Position numbers and translations under genes: made by a program
From: Candidatus Rariloculaceae bacterium
Lineage (GTDB): Bacteria > Pseudomonadota > Gammaproteobacteria > Steroidobacterales > Rariloculaceae
DNA length: 64,000 nt
Assembly: GCA_965205045.1 (NCBI GenBank)
Contig: OZ242032.1
Coordinates: forward strand, 17,704 to 81,703
Reading direction: 5' to 3'
The notes under the pieces: generated by a model
What the model was told of the DNA's origin: nothing
Databases searched by the model: none
What the model saw: only the letters and a program-made list of their open reading frames with translations
In this document: one piece after another, positions 24,775 through 34,489 of the stretch
How the letters are laid out: each line of letters begins with the position of its first letter
Position numbering within the stretch: the stretch's first letter is position 1

Positions 24775-25404
24775 TTAAATGAGTTTCCGCTTTAATTCGG
24801 CAGACAGGGCACGAACCTCGGTGGCGGCGTCACCGGCCGGGTCGGCGTCAAGAACCGTTGTGCCTGCTGACGCGGTGCCCGGGTAGCTCACGCGCTGGGT
24901 GATACGCGATGCCAGCACGGGCAGGTCGTAGCCGGCCAGGGCTTCGGCCACCTCTCCCCCGATCCTCGTCCCCTTGATGGCGCGCGATACCACAAAGGCG
25001 GCTTGCAGCCGACCGTCTGTCAGCGCGATGCGCTGCTTTACCAAGTCCACCAATTCGGCGGTCGCCCAAATGTCGTACGGGCTTGGCTGCACCGGGATCA
25101 GCACGAAATCGGCCGCCTTCAACGCGGACACGGCCAGGTCGGCTGCCTGAGGGGCGCCGTCGATCACCACGAAATCCTTGCGGGCGATGTGCTTCAGGTC
25201 CCGCTCGATGGTCGGCCGGTCGATGCCGACCACGGTCACCGGCTGCTCTTCACGCACGGCCGCCCAATCGCGGGCGCTGCCCTGGGGGTCGGAATCAACC
25301 AGCAAAACGCTGTCCCCGTCCAGTTGCAGGGAGCGGGCCAGGTGCGTGGCGATGGTCGTCTTGCCTGACCCGCCTTTCTGATTCAACACGGCGATGACGC
25401 GCAT
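24775..25404 (-). CDS. parA: ParA-family partition ATPase
   Basis: MRVIAVLNQKGGSGKTT (deviant Walker A). aaaggag lies 5 nt before ATG 25404. Confidence 0.9.
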   Translation of the reverse strand: MRVIAVLNQKGGSGKTTIATHLARSLQLDGDSVLLVDSDPQGSARDWAAVREEQPVTVVGIDRPTIERDLKHIARKDFVVIDGAPQAADLAVSALKAADFVLIPVQPSPYDIWATAELVDLVKQRIALTDGRLQAAFVVSRAIKGTRIGGEVAEALAGYDLPVLASRITQRVSYPGTASAGTTVLDADPAGDAATEVRALSAELKRKLI

Positions 25405-25599
25405 AAACACTCCTTTTGTGGTAATGATGCCTTACTCATAACATCATACCATCGCCTTCACGCACTCGGGAACGCAAACTCGCACGGTTCCCGAAAATAA
25501 CGTCGCGCTCTTCATCATAGGATATCACCGTGATTCGTGTGTAAAATGCTCGCCGAGTGGCCATCATGGTGAACGCCAACTAAGGAAAGGCCGGATCAC

Positions 25600-26385
25600 A
25601 TGGCACGCGTGACTGTCGTTCCCGAACCCATTGACTACCCGGACTCGGACGGACTGCCCATGGCTGAAAACGAATCGCAGTTCTGGCCGATCCTCTACGT
25701 CGGCTCCGCCCTGGACCGCTATTACCGGGATCGTGACGACGTGTACGTCGTCGGGAATCTGTTGCTGTACTACCGGGAGGGCAATCCGCGGGAAGACGAC
25801 TTCGGCGCCTCGATCCCGGCGGACCTGATGGTCGTCATCGGCGCCTCGAAGCATGTTCGTTCGTCGTACAAGCTCTGGGAAGAACCCAAGGCGCCGGACT
25901 TCGTGCTGGAGATTGCCTCGGCAGGCACGTACCGGGCAGATTCAGGCAAGAAACGCGACACCTATGCGGAGATCGGCGTTGCGGAATACTGGCAGGTGGA
26001 CCCCACGGGGTCCTACCTCCGGCCGCCCCTGCAAGGCTTTCGGCTTGTCGAGGGCGAATACCAGCCGATAGCCGGTGCGCAACGGGCAGACGGCACTTTG
26101 GTGGCCTGCAGTGATGTGCTGGGCCTGGAGTTGCACCTCAATCCAGAGGCACCGCCACGGGAAGTCTTCCGGTTTTATGATCCGGTGCGCGGGGAACCCC
26201 TGCGAAGTCTGCGGGAAGCCGAGCAGGGACGTGAAGAGGCCGAGCGAAGGCGCGATGCGGAAGCCCAGGCCCGCCGTGCAGTCGAAACACGCCTGGGACA
26301 AACTGAAGACCGCCTGCGAAAAGAACAGGCAGCGCGCCAAGCACTGGAGGTCGAGCTTCGGGAACTGCGTCGGCGCGGCCGCTGA
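25600..26385 (+). CDS. Uma2-family (DUF820) endonuclease with C-terminal coiled coil
   Basis: ..DYPDSDGLPMAENESQ..PDFVLEIASAGTYRADSGKKRDTYAEIGVAEYWQVDP.. Confidence 0.8.
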   Translation: MARVTVVPEPIDYPDSDGLPMAENESQFWPILYVGSALDRYYRDRDDVYVVGNLLLYYREGNPREDDFGASIPADLMVVIGASKHVRSSYKLWEEPKAPDFVLEIASAGTYRADSGKKRDTYAEIGVAEYWQVDPTGSYLRPPLQGFRLVEGEYQPIAGAQRADGTLVACSDVLGLELHLNPEAPPREVFRFYDPVRGEPLRSLREAEQGREEAERRRDAEAQARRAVETRLGQTEDRLRKEQAARQALEVELRELRRRGR

Positions 26386-26431
26386 GCGGTACCTGCGGCT
26401 CTGTTCTCCTCAATGCAGAAGGGGTAGCAAC

Positions 26432-27649
26432 ATGACACGACTCAGACTGGCAATCTTGATGGCGTTCATGCTGGCCGTGGCCGGATGCGGCGGCGGCTCA
26501 GGCGTGTTGAGGTCCGAGACTTCAGCCCGACAGGTCGAGACGGTAGCCGAGGCTGGCATCGCCCAGACAGGGTTGACCGAATCGACGATCTCACAAGGCG
26601 ATTCGTCAGCCGAAGAAGACGCGCTTGTGGAAGAACGCCGACAGGCCGAACAAGCCATCACCGGCGCAGAGGCCGAGGACGCACGCCAGCAGGCCGCCGC
26701 CGACATGGCAGCCCAGGAAGAAGCCAAGCTTGCGACGGCGCCCGAAGACGCGGCCGCAAGAATCTCCTACGTCCCTTACCTGTCGACTGGCGCACACACA
26801 GAGTTCGACGGTCGGGACGTCAGGGTGCACCTCCCCGACTATTTCCTGGGGTATCCCGTCGTGCTCAGCTCGGTGCGGGATGAAGTGGACGGCACGGCCG
26901 TCCCGTCGCGCGTGGAGGGTTATTCCCAACGTACCTGGACACTGTTTGATGATGGTTCCCTCGCCGTCGTCTCCGTGCGCTGGCACGATGGCGACGACAG
27001 CGACTACCTGGCGGCGGGCTGGTGGGTTCGCGAAACGCCTTACAGCAGCGAGGCGGAAGCCGACGTGTTCGTCGACGGACCGGAGCTGCGCGGGCCGCTT
27101 CCGGACAGCATGACCCTGCCGCTCAGAGGCCAGGCCGTCTATTACGGCGAAGCTGCCGGGGTTTACCAGACCGAAGGCGGCGTTGTCTGCGCCGCCTTTC
27201 CCTGCGAGATTCCGACCTCGAACGGCGCCGGGGAGTTCGCCGCCGACGCCAAGCTGGTAGCGGATTTTGCCCGCGGCGACATCGAGGGCTGTGTCGGCTG
27301 CCGGCAGGGCATCCAGTTTACGCCCGCGGTTTACGACCTGGACGGCGGCGCCATCGAACGCGGCGACACCGTCACCAGGGACTATCTGTTCTGGCTGCAT
27401 CGCGCGGGGTTTCTCGAATCGCCGTACACCCTGGGCGCCTTTGCGGGCGAGTTGACGGTCGCTCCCCTGGGGGGCCGTGCTGCCGGATACGGATTCTGGC
27501 AAGGGCGGTTTTCCAACCTTTCGGATAGCACGGGCAGTCCGCGCCTGCTCGGCGCCACGCTGCACGGGGGGTTCGAAGACGAATCGACGACAACCCGGTT
27601 CAGCGGTGTCCTGAGTGCCGAAAGCACGACGTTTGGCGGAAGCCGCTGA
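26432..27649 (+). CDS. Surface-lipoprotein candidate with TbpB-like C-terminal barrel
   Basis: MTRLRLAILMAFMLAVAGCGGGSG (lipobox VAGC). ..LRGQAVYYGEAAGVYQ..GEFAADAKLVADFARGDIEGCVG.. The last strands are less canonical than in the other SLPs. Confidence 0.7.
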   Translation: MTRLRLAILMAFMLAVAGCGGGSGVLRSETSARQVETVAEAGIAQTGLTESTISQGDSSAEEDALVEERRQAEQAITGAEAEDARQQAAADMAAQEEAKLATAPEDAAARISYVPYLSTGAHTEFDGRDVRVHLPDYFLGYPVVLSSVRDEVDGTAVPSRVEGYSQRTWTLFDDGSLAVVSVRWHDGDDSDYLAAGWWVRETPYSSEAEADVFVDGPELRGPLPDSMTLPLRGQAVYYGEAAGVYQTEGGVVCAAFPCEIPTSNGAGEFAADAKLVADFARGDIEGCVGCRQGIQFTPAVYDLDGGAIERGDTVTRDYLFWLHRAGFLESPYTLGAFAGELTVAPLGGRAAGYGFWQGRFSNLSDSTGSPRLLGATLHGGFEDESTTTRFSGVLSAESTTFGGSR

Positions 27650-28011
27650 AGAACACGGTCGCCAGAGCGGCTTTGCGGCGCTGCACCCAGGTGAGGATAT
27701 TCCTTCGGCGGTGACCGCCGGAGGGCTGGCTTGAGAGAGACGTGGCGGCTCGCTGCTGCCGCCAGGGGTCGGTTTTGGCGAGCGCCTTGCCGGCCCCGTC
27801 TGGACGTGTGCCCCGGGCGAGCAACGCACTTCAGCCTACGGGTGCTGCCCAGTGGGCACCGGGGCCGCAGGGAAAGGCACTCGCCCTGCGGCCCGCCTCT
27901 GGCAGCCGGTACTTCCTCCTGCTGCCCCTCCCTCGCGTACTGCCCCGACTGCCGCCGGCCCGCGGTCTGCTTGAGCTTGACGTGGTGATGCTGTGATGCG
28001 ATCATGCCGCC

Positions 28012-28242
28012 ATGCGAACCACAGTAACAATCGACGATGATGTATTGGCGGTTGCGCGCGCGCTGGCCGAACAGAGCGGCAGCAGTCTCGGGCACGCCTT
28101 GTCGGAGCTTGCGCGTCGCGGGTTCAAAGGGACAGGCGTAGCCGGAGACGGTGGCGATGGCGTGCCGGTGTTTCAGGTGCCCGCAGACGTGGGTCCGATT
28201 ACCAGCGAAGATGTCTACAGAGTGCTCAGCGAGTGGCCGTGA
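28012..28242 (+). CDS. vapB: VapB-type antitoxin
   Basis: MRTTVTIDDDVLAVARALAEQSGSSLGHALSELARRG.. Overlaps the start of vapC. Confidence 0.75.
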   Translation: MRTTVTIDDDVLAVARALAEQSGSSLGHALSELARRGFKGTGVAGDGGDGVPVFQVPADVGPITSEDVYRVLSEWP

Positions 28243-28673
28243 CGGCGTTGCTCGACGTCAATGTGCTCATCGCTCTGGCTTGGCCCAACCACGTACATCA
28301 TCAAGCAGCACGCCGTTGGTTCACGATGCACCGCGCAGACGGATGGGCCACCTGCCCCTTGACCGAGGCGGGATTCGTTCGGGTTTCCTGCAATCCCGCC
28401 GCGGTCCGGCATACGGTGACCCCCACTGAAGCCATTGCTTTGCTGCAGAGGCTGAGGCAGCTGGAGTCGCACGTGTTCTGGCCCCTCGATCGCTCCATCG
28501 CCGACCTGCCCCAACGGATCGTCAGCCGCCTTCAGGGATATCGACAGATCACGGACGCCGTGTTGCTGGCCGCCACGATTCAACGCGGCGGCACGCTGGC
28601 TACGCTCGACAGCGGGCTGGCACGACTTGTCGATGAGCGTGAACGCCACTCGCTTCGAGTGATACCGGTGTGA
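28233..28673 (+). CDS. vapC: VapC PIN-domain toxin
   Basis: ..ALLDVNVLIALAWPNHVHHQAARRWF..TCPLTEAGFVRV..ITDAVLLAATIQRGGTLATLD.. Confidence 0.85.
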   Translation: MAVTALLDVNVLIALAWPNHVHHQAARRWFTMHRADGWATCPLTEAGFVRVSCNPAAVRHTVTPTEAIALLQRLRQLESHVFWPLDRSIADLPQRIVSRLQGYRQITDAVLLAATIQRGGTLATLDSGLARLVDERERHSLRVIPV

Positions 28674-28833
28674 ATGTTGTTGGCGGACTTTGGTCCAGCC
28701 GACGACCCCTTGACTTCACTGCCTACCCAGATACGCAACCGCCCCCGAGTTTTTGGCACTTCCCTTGTGATGGGAACTCACAGCCAAACAGGGCTTGCAG
28801 CCCGGGCCGCGGCGGGCCTGGCGAGGACACGCG

Positions 28834-30546
28834 ATGACGGTGGAGGACAGCTTTCCGCAACGGCTGACGGCCATCGACGACCTGACGCGCGGCGGCCACT
28901 GGTACCTGCGGCGGACGGACGTGTGCCGCTACCTGGGCGCGTACACGGCGGGGAAGGGTGCTGCCTACAGCGCCACGAACAGCCTGATCCTTGACTTCAA
29001 GACGCCGGCGTCGCGCACGCGCCCTTCGGCACGCGGCTCTGCCGCTGCTCAGGGTCGCAACCCGCCGCAAAAGGAGACGGCGATCGCCACGGCGGCGGCG
29101 GCCCTGCGGCGGGCGCTGCAGGCGAGCCTGCTGGACCGGGCGGTGTTCGTGCCGGTGCCGCCGTCGAAGTCGAAGGACGACGACGGCTACGACGACCGCC
29201 TGGTGCGAATGCTGCGGGCGGTGCGGCCCGAGCGGCCGCTGGACGTGCGCGAGTTGATCGTGCAGTCGCGCAGCGTCGAGCCGACGCACCGGCGGTCGGC
29301 GCGGCTGCGGGCGTCGGACATCGAGGCGATGTACGGCATCGACGAGGCGCTGGAAGCGCCGGGTGCGGGGCTGGTGGTCGTGGTGGACGACCTGCTGACC
29401 TCGGGGGCGCACTTCCGGGCGGCGCAGCGGGTGCTGTCGCGGCGCTTTCCGGACATCGACGTGGTGGGGCTGTTCCTGGCGCGGCGGGTGCCGGAACCCG
29501 TAGAGGTTCGTGCCGCGCCGGCAAAGGCGGGCCGGCGCGCCGTCGGCACCGGCGAGGCCACCGTATCCCGGCAACCGGCAGACCGTGCGGCAGGCAATCG
29601 GGGGGATGCAGGGGTGAAGATCGTTTCGATCATCAATTACAAGGGCGGTGTCGGCAAGACGACCTTGACCGCCAATCTGGCGGCCGAGCTGGCGCAGCGC
29701 GGTAAACGCATCCTCGCCCTCGACATGGACGCCCAGTGCAGCCTGACCTTTTCCTTCGTGACCCCGGACTACTGGGAATCCGAGCTGGGCGGCGAGGAAG
29801 GACAGGGGAACGACCGCACCATCAAGAAGTGGTTCGACGGCATCGTCGAGGACGAAGGCGACGTCATACCCCTCGACCACCTCGTGCTGCGGGACCTCAA
29901 GGCCGAAGGCCGCCTGGGTGACAAGGGCGGCTGCCTGCACCTGATTCCGTCGCATCTCGGGCTCATCAACATCGACCTGGACCTGGCCTACATGCTGAGC
30001 GGCGCGGCGCCGAACCGCCTGCACCAGCGGCGGGCGCGGGTCTTCGGCCAGTTGCGCAGCCACCTCAACGCCTACGCCACCGAAGCCGGCTACGATTACG
30101 TGCTGATCGACTGCCCGCCCAATTTCAATATCGTGACCAAGAATGCCATCGTGGCGAGCCACCAGATCCTGATCCCCGCCAAGCCGGACTACCTGTCGAC
30201 GCTGGGCATCGACTACCTGCTGCGCAGCCTGGGGACGCTGGTCAAGGAGTTCAACGAGGACTCGAAGTCGGCGGTGATCGAACCCCGGATTCTCGGCGTC
30301 ATCTTTACGATGATCCAGATATTCAGGGGCCGGCCGATCGGCGTGCAGCGACAGTACATGCGGTCGGATGCGATTGCCGTGCCGATATTCAGGTCGACGG
30401 TCCGCGAGAACAAGACGATCTTCGGCGATGCGCCGGAGGACGGCATTCCGGTGGTGCTGGAGAAACCGGTGCGCGAGCCCTATGCCACCATCGTGCGCGA
30501 GATGGAATCCCTGGCAGCGGAATTCCTCAGGCGGTCGGGAGCGTGA
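28834..30546 (+). CDS. Fusion (or stop-less tandem) of a type-I phosphoribosyltransferase-like domain and a ParA/MinD-type ATPase
   Basis: N-terminal part ..LVVVVDDLLTSGAHFRAA.. (PRPP-binding loop). A ~40-aa linker follows, then VKIVSIINYKGGVGKTTLTANLA..LIDCPPNFN.. There is no stop between the parts. An internal GTG at 29615 is a possible second start. GAGGA lies 6 nt before ATG 28834. Confidence 0.7.
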   Translation: MTVEDSFPQRLTAIDDLTRGGHWYLRRTDVCRYLGAYTAGKGAAYSATNSLILDFKTPASRTRPSARGSAAAQGRNPPQKETAIATAAAALRRALQASLLDRAVFVPVPPSKSKDDDGYDDRLVRMLRAVRPERPLDVRELIVQSRSVEPTHRRSARLRASDIEAMYGIDEALEAPGAGLVVVVDDLLTSGAHFRAAQRVLSRRFPDIDVVGLFLARRVPEPVEVRAAPAKAGRRAVGTGEATVSRQPADRAAGNRGDAGVKIVSIINYKGGVGKTTLTANLAAELAQRGKRILALDMDAQCSLTFSFVTPDYWESELGGEEGQGNDRTIKKWFDGIVEDEGDVIPLDHLVLRDLKAEGRLGDKGGCLHLIPSHLGLINIDLDLAYMLSGAAPNRLHQRRARVFGQLRSHLNAYATEAGYDYVLIDCPPNFNIVTKNAIVASHQILIPAKPDYLSTLGIDYLLRSLGTLVKEFNEDSKSAVIEPRILGVIFTMIQIFRGRPIGVQRQYMRSDAIAVPIFRSTVRENKTIFGDAPEDGIPVVLEKPVREPYATIVREMESLAAEFLRRSGA

Positions 30547-30547
30547 C

Positions 30548-30982
30548 ATGGATGCTCGGCGTGCGTTCGTGACCCAGGTGCTCGACCAACTGATCAAGGC
30601 GTTGCGGGACCTGTCGGACGAGGACTTCGACAGGTTGATGACGGGCGACCTGGAGGCGTCGGTTTCGTTTGTCAGGCCGTCGCCGCGAAACCGCAACCGG
30701 CGGCCGGCGGCTGCCCCGGCCGACGATGCCGCGCTGGCAGCCGTGCACGCCAGATTGACCGCCGCGGGCAGCCGCGAAGAGGGACAGCGGATCGTCGAGG
30801 AAGCGTTCGTGGACAAGGAACAGTTGTTTGCGTTCGCCAAGTGGCTGGACGTGCCGGTACAGCGCAATGACGCGGCGCAGCGCATTCGGGACAAGGTGGT
30901 GACGCAGACGGTGGGACGGCGCCTCAGCGGCAGAGCGGTGCGCGGCGGCGCCGGCGGGATTGCCTGCGGGGAAGGGGCCTGA
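30548..30982 (+). CDS. Hypothetical 144-aa protein (helical ends, basic/Pro-rich middle)
   Basis: The ATG is 1 nt after the upstream stop. MDARRAFVTQVLDQLIKALRDLSDEDFDRLMTG.. No motif recognised. Confidence 0.5.
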   Translation: MDARRAFVTQVLDQLIKALRDLSDEDFDRLMTGDLEASVSFVRPSPRNRNRRPAAAPADDAALAAVHARLTAAGSREEGQRIVEEAFVDKEQLFAFAKWLDVPVQRNDAAQRIRDKVVTQTVGRRLSGRAVRGGAGGIACGEGA

Positions 30983-30998
30983 TGCAGGTGGACGATTC

Positions 30999-32531
30999 AT
31001 GGTGCTGGCCAAGGTGCTGAGCAGCACCCTGCTCGGCGTTGACGCCCATCCGGTCGAGGTGGAAGTCGACCTGGCCATGGGCCTGCCGGTGTTTACCACG
31101 GTCGGGCTGCCGGATGCCGCGGTGCGCGAGAGCCGCGACCGCGTCAAGGCGGCCATGGCCAACTGCGGCTTTCCCTTCCCGTCGCGGCGCATCACCGTCA
31201 ACCTGGCCCCGGCGCACCTGCGCAAGGCGGGTACGGCGTTCGACCTGCCGATCGCCTTGGGCCTGCTGCAGGCGACCGGGCACATCCAGTCCCGGATGCT
31301 CGCTCGCTATCAGGTGGTGGGCGAGCTGTCTCTGGATGGCCGCGTCAAGGCCGTCGCCGGCGCCCTGCCGATGGCGGTCGGGGCGCGGGCCGCGGGGGCG
31401 GACGGCATGGTGGTGCCGCTGGAGAATGCTGCCGAGGCCGCGGTGGTGGACGGCGTGCCGGTGTTCGGGGTCGACACCCTGGTGCAGGCGGTCGGCTTCT
31501 TCAACGGCACCGACGACCTGCCGCGCACCGTCTGCGACGTGAACGCCCTGTTCGAGAACAAGGCGGTTTATGCCGAGGACCTGGCCGACGTCAAAGGCCA
31601 GCAGCACGTCAAGCGCGCCCTGGAGGTTGCCGCCGCCGGCGCCCACAACGTGCTGCTGATCGGTCCGCCGGGCTCCGGCAAGTCGCTGATGGCGCGCCGC
31701 CTGCCCTCCATCCTGCCCGACATGGAACTGGCCGAGGCCATCGAGACCTCGAAAATCCACAGCATCGCCGGTCTGCTGCACCGCGATCAGGCCCTCGTGG
31801 CCACCCGTCCGTACAGATCCCCGCATCATTCGACCTCCGACGCCGGGCTGATCGGCGGCGGTACGATTCCGGGGCCGGGCGAGGTGAGCCTGGCCCATAA
31901 CGGGGTATTGTTCCTCGATGAGCTGCCGGAGTTTCGACGCAGCGTGCTGGAGGTGCTGCGGCAGCCGCTGGAAGACGGGCAGGTGACCATTGCCCGCGCC
32001 GCCATGGCCCTGACGTTCCCGGCGCGCTTCATGCTGGCGGCGGCGATGAACCCCTGCCCGTGCGGCTACAGCACCGATCCGCAGCGTGACTGCCTGTGCA
32101 CGGCGCAGCAGCTGCAACGCTACGGCGCGCGGGTCTCCGGCCCCTTGCTGGACCGCATCGACCTGCACATCGAGGTGCCGCCCGTCCACTACGCCGACCT
32201 GGCGTCCCGCGCTGCCGCCGAGCCCTCGGCCGCGGTGCGGGCGCGGGTGAACGCCGCCCGGCGGCGCCAGCGGGCGCGATTCGCCGGCGCCGGCATTCCG
32301 CACAACGCGGCGATGGGCGTTCGCGCCATCCGGCAATACGGCAAGCTCGACGCCGCCGGCGAGCGCCTGCTCGAACAGGCCATGCAGCGCTTCGGCCTCA
32401 GCGCCCGCGCCCATGACCGCATCCGCAAGGTGGCCCGCACCATCGCCGACCTTGCCGGTGCCGACGACATCGGCATCGAGCACCTCTCGGAGGCCGTCCA
32501 GTACCGCACCCTCGACCGCCAGGCGGCGTGA
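30999..32531 (+). CDS. comM: YifB/ComM-family Mg-chelatase-like AAA+ ATPase
   Basis: MVLAKVLSSTLLGVDAHPVEVEVD..GLPDAAVRESRDRV..DLADVKGQQHVKRALEVAAAGAHNVLLIGPPGSGKS.. Confidence 0.9.
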   Translation: MVLAKVLSSTLLGVDAHPVEVEVDLAMGLPVFTTVGLPDAAVRESRDRVKAAMANCGFPFPSRRITVNLAPAHLRKAGTAFDLPIALGLLQATGHIQSRMLARYQVVGELSLDGRVKAVAGALPMAVGARAAGADGMVVPLENAAEAAVVDGVPVFGVDTLVQAVGFFNGTDDLPRTVCDVNALFENKAVYAEDLADVKGQQHVKRALEVAAAGAHNVLLIGPPGSGKSLMARRLPSILPDMELAEAIETSKIHSIAGLLHRDQALVATRPYRSPHHSTSDAGLIGGGTIPGPGEVSLAHNGVLFLDELPEFRRSVLEVLRQPLEDGQVTIARAAMALTFPARFMLAAAMNPCPCGYSTDPQRDCLCTAQQLQRYGARVSGPLLDRIDLHIEVPPVHYADLASRAAAEPSAAVRARVNAARRRQRARFAGAGIPHNAAMGVRAIRQYGKLDAAGERLLEQAMQRFGLSARAHDRIRKVARTIADLAGADDIGIEHLSEAVQYRTLDRQAA

Positions 32532-32590
32532 CCGAAAGCACGATGCGATGGGCGTAGATTCTTCCAGACAGGCCATCCGACATTGTCGTC

Positions 32591-33694
32591 TCAGCCCTTG
32601 ATGCTGACCGTGCCGTCGAAGTAGCCAGGCGGCGCCTGGACGTTCCAAAGGGCGTTGTGAACGATCGGCAGACCGTGCACGCGGATCGGTAGGCGCCAGG
32701 CCGGCGACTTGAGCTTCGCCGGGACGGTATGCCGCTTCGCTCCCGGCGGGGTGTCCACCAGACAGCCCGCATCCCCCAGCGCCCGGTAAACCTCCGGGCG
32801 GCTGAAACTGTGGCCGCGGCGGCGAAGCACCTGGATGAGCACGTCCACCGCCACCGGTGCCACCAGGAACGACACCTCCGGCGTCACGAACAGGTCGCCC
32901 GGATTCGTGTTGAGCCGCAGGCGCCTCGACCCTGCAAGCTGCCGCAGCACCTCCAGGCACAAGCCCGCCACATCCACCCGCTTCGTCTCGATCTGTCCGT
33001 CATTGAGGAGCATCCACCTGAACACGCCGCCGCTGCTGCGGGGCATGGCGCAGTCCACCACGTCCACCGCCTGCTCAAGCGTCAGGAGCGACCTTTCGTA
33101 TACCTGCAGGAAGGATGACGCCAGGACGCAGGCTTGGGCGTCGGTCGGCTGCACGTCCAGCCAGGTGATGCCGAGCCTGCCTTCGAGCGCCGCTTGCAAC
33201 TCCCGGAACGACACGCCGCTACCCCGGACCGGCTGCCAGAAGACCTCGCCTGCCCGCAGATGCCCTTGCAGGGGATGCCAGTCGCCCCCCTCGGCCTTGA
33301 CGCGCAGGCGGCACAGGCCGTGCACCAGGTAGCGCAGGCTGGCGGCAAAGAACAGGCCGAGGCGAACGCGGGCCGCCAGGCCGGAGCTTTCAGCGTGGTA
33401 AATCTCCTGCTCCGACAGGTCCCTCTTCCACAGGGGGCTGCTTTGCGCGACGGGCACCGCCTTGCAACCGGCGGCGAGGCAGGCGCGCACGAACGACTCG
33501 CCACCGTCCGGCGCCGGCAGGCCGTCGAGGCGCTGGGTGATACGGTCCACGTACGGCCGCCAGAAGAAATTTTCTTCCTTGCCGCGCTCGGGGAGGAGTC
33601 GGGCCAGCTCATCGAGTTCGGGTATGGGAGGCGGCGGCGGCGGAGAAGCCTGGGGGCCTGCCGGCTTGCCCACGTTGCGGTTCCAGAAGGCCAT
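32591..33694 (-). CDS. Hypothetical protein; C-terminal part resembles the DNA-binding C-terminal domain of ICE TraI_2-type relaxases (tentative)
   Basis: 367 aa, ..GDLFVTPEVSFLVAPVAVDVLIQVLRRRGHSFSRPEVYRALGDAGCLV.. The resemblance is from memory only. Confidence 0.5.
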   Translation of the reverse strand: MAFWNRNVGKPAGPQASPPPPPPIPELDELARLLPERGKEENFFWRPYVDRITQRLDGLPAPDGGESFVRACLAAGCKAVPVAQSSPLWKRDLSEQEIYHAESSGLAARVRLGLFFAASLRYLVHGLCRLRVKAEGGDWHPLQGHLRAGEVFWQPVRGSGVSFRELQAALEGRLGITWLDVQPTDAQACVLASSFLQVYERSLLTLEQAVDVVDCAMPRSSGGVFRWMLLNDGQIETKRVDVAGLCLEVLRQLAGSRRLRLNTNPGDLFVTPEVSFLVAPVAVDVLIQVLRRRGHSFSRPEVYRALGDAGCLVDTPPGAKRHTVPAKLKSPAWRLPIRVHGLPIVHNALWNVQAPPGYFDGTVSIKG

Positions 33695-33792
33695 GGCTTG
33701 GACCTCTCCTCTGTTGGTGAAGGGCGACGGGATGCGGAGAGTTTAGGGAGTGTCCTGGCTCTGTCAATCGGCATGCAGTGCCCGGGTTTGTC

Positions 33793-33821
33793 TTGGCCGC
33801 CAGCGGCGGCTGGGGTATACT
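33793..33821 (+). promoter_or_regulatory. Sigma70-like promoter candidate
   Basis: TTGGCC, 17-nt spacer, TATACT (33816-21). It faces a ~290-nt structured leader and the ORF at 34118. Confidence 0.35.
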
Positions 33822-34117
33822 GGCTTCATTGCCTAAAAACCCCGGTTACTTCTTTCTTCGGTACGTGAGTTTTCCCGGGGTTCTCGGTACCTGAAAAGAC
33901 GGTCTTGCTTCCTACTTTGGCGATGGGTTTCCGTCTCATCCTGTCGTCATGGATGACGATGCCGCCGGATACCTGCCGGTGTCGTCTTCGGACCTGGAAA
34001 GAAGTTCAAGCACGTCCAGGGTCAGTCCGCAACCTTTTGGCTGCATGACCGCGCCAGCCTGATGGCGTTGAAGGCAACCTTTCAGCGCAATTCGCCAACC
34101 TTGAAGGAGGCAATGCC

Positions 34118-34489
34118 TTGTTCATGGTGCAACCTGCAACCTGTTGGCTGTGCGACGATGCCACTGTGCTGGTGCCGGCCATGGCCTTTGAGCGTGATTC
34201 CCGAACCGTGAAGCAGGTGAGGATCCCCGTGCACGGTGCAACAGTGAATCTCATGACTCCAATAACCCAACCGACTCGCGCAGTCGGTACCACCCATAAC
34301 GGTGCCCCGAGGCGCCACCTGCACTCCGCGCCCAAGCGCGCGATGGTCGGCGTCCAGCCGACACCCGGACTTGGGGCGTTGCGTGCAGCAACGCAGGGCA
34401 TGCGCAAGCGGCGTTCAGACGCAGAAGCGCAGGCCCCAACGACGCCATCCCGCCATGGTGGGCGGGAGATGCGTCACTGCGGCCCCTAG
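34118..34489 (+). CDS. Hypothetical 123-aa protein
   Basis: GGAGG lies 7 nt before TTG 34118 (ATG at 34124). The stop codon lies in the loop of a strong hairpin terminator. Composition is unremarkable. Confidence 0.35.
   Translation: MFMVQPATCWLCDDATVLVPAMAFERDSRTVKQVRIPVHGATVNLMTPITQPTRAVGTTHNGAPRRHLHSAPKRAMVGVQPTPGLGALRAATQGMRKRRSDAEAQAPTTPSRHGGREMRHCGP

Noticed and set aside
28723-32960. Long minus-strand ORFs 28723-30894 and 30924-32960
   Set aside because: They are antisense to the PRTase/ParA, small-protein and ComM genes, which carry unambiguous Walker and PRPP motifs. The composition is Arg/Pro/Gly-rich.
34109-34207. 32-aa Cys-rich mini-ORF (MPCSWCNLQPVGCATMPLCWCRPWPLSVIPEP) overlapping the start of 34118-34489
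   Set aside because: The ATG is only 2-3 nt from the GGAGG, which is too close. It is an alternative frame of a better-supported ORF, and there is no supporting signal.
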